Source: Bacteriovoracaceae bacterium (GTDB lineage Bacteria; Bdellovibrionota; Bacteriovoracia; Bacteriovoracales; Bacteriovoracaceae). From it: a stretch of 30,488 nt of DNA. The stretch is from NCBI GenBank assembly GCA_018649885.1, contig JABIHA010000020.1:124001-154488 (forward strand), in the 5' to 3' direction. Below are positions 30,311 to 30,488 of the stretch, one piece after another; positions within the stretch are counted from its first letter, which is position 1, and each line of letters starts with the position of its first letter. The position numbers and the translations under genes are program-made. A model generated the notes under the pieces. The model was not told the DNA's origin and did no database searches. It worked only from the letters and a program-made list of their open reading frames with translations.

Positions 30311-30488
30311 TTTATGCAATGTTTTTATGTCCCTCAAATACTGCCCCTGGCACGAATGCTGCTAACTTAAGAACCATCATCTAGGCTACCTTGCCCTTTG
30401 AAAGGCCCTGGTGGCCACTTCTTCGAGAATATCCCCATTCTTGTTTTTTTGCATTTTTCCGGTCCGTTGTTAGTAAACAATATCGACT

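Noticed and set aside
30340..30488. Partial CDS at the right edge
   Set aside because: Two minus-strand frames are open for a short distance, but neither has recognisable motifs, so no call can be made.

Overview
An AT-rich bacterial chromosomal window with about 28 coding regions. Gene content and style (many secreted hypotheticals, a degenerate HD-GYP protein, an MCP, a sigma28-type promoter) suggest Bdellovibrionota/Bacteriovoracaceae, but this is an inference only. It encodes a NIT-domain chemoreceptor, two acyl-CoA dehydrogenases, a RetSat/phytoene-desaturase-like oxidoreductase, a secreted zinc protease, a VorCBA-type 2-oxoacid:ferredoxin oxidoreductase, a CBS protein, an NHL-lipoprotein/hybrid kinase/mini-DHp operon, a Cache kinase, YbdG/MscM, a radical SAM enzyme, a SagB-like flavoprotein, a beta-barrel, a small PWE-repeat peptide, a broken PRTase plus DLH hydrolase, a VOC protein and a host-attachment (baeRF12) protein. 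The strongest unannotated signal is a set of FNR/CRP-type boxes (TTGAT-N4-ATCAA-like). Four of them lie 22-23 nt upstream of a -10 hexamer, which points to a dispersed low-oxygen regulon with FixK/DosR-like gene content. Other signals are a GLUG-protein remnant missing from the ORF track, two -1 frameshifts at A-tracts, a multi-stem element upstream of mscM and a polyQ microsatellite. No rRNA, tRNA, CRISPR array or intact transposase was seen.
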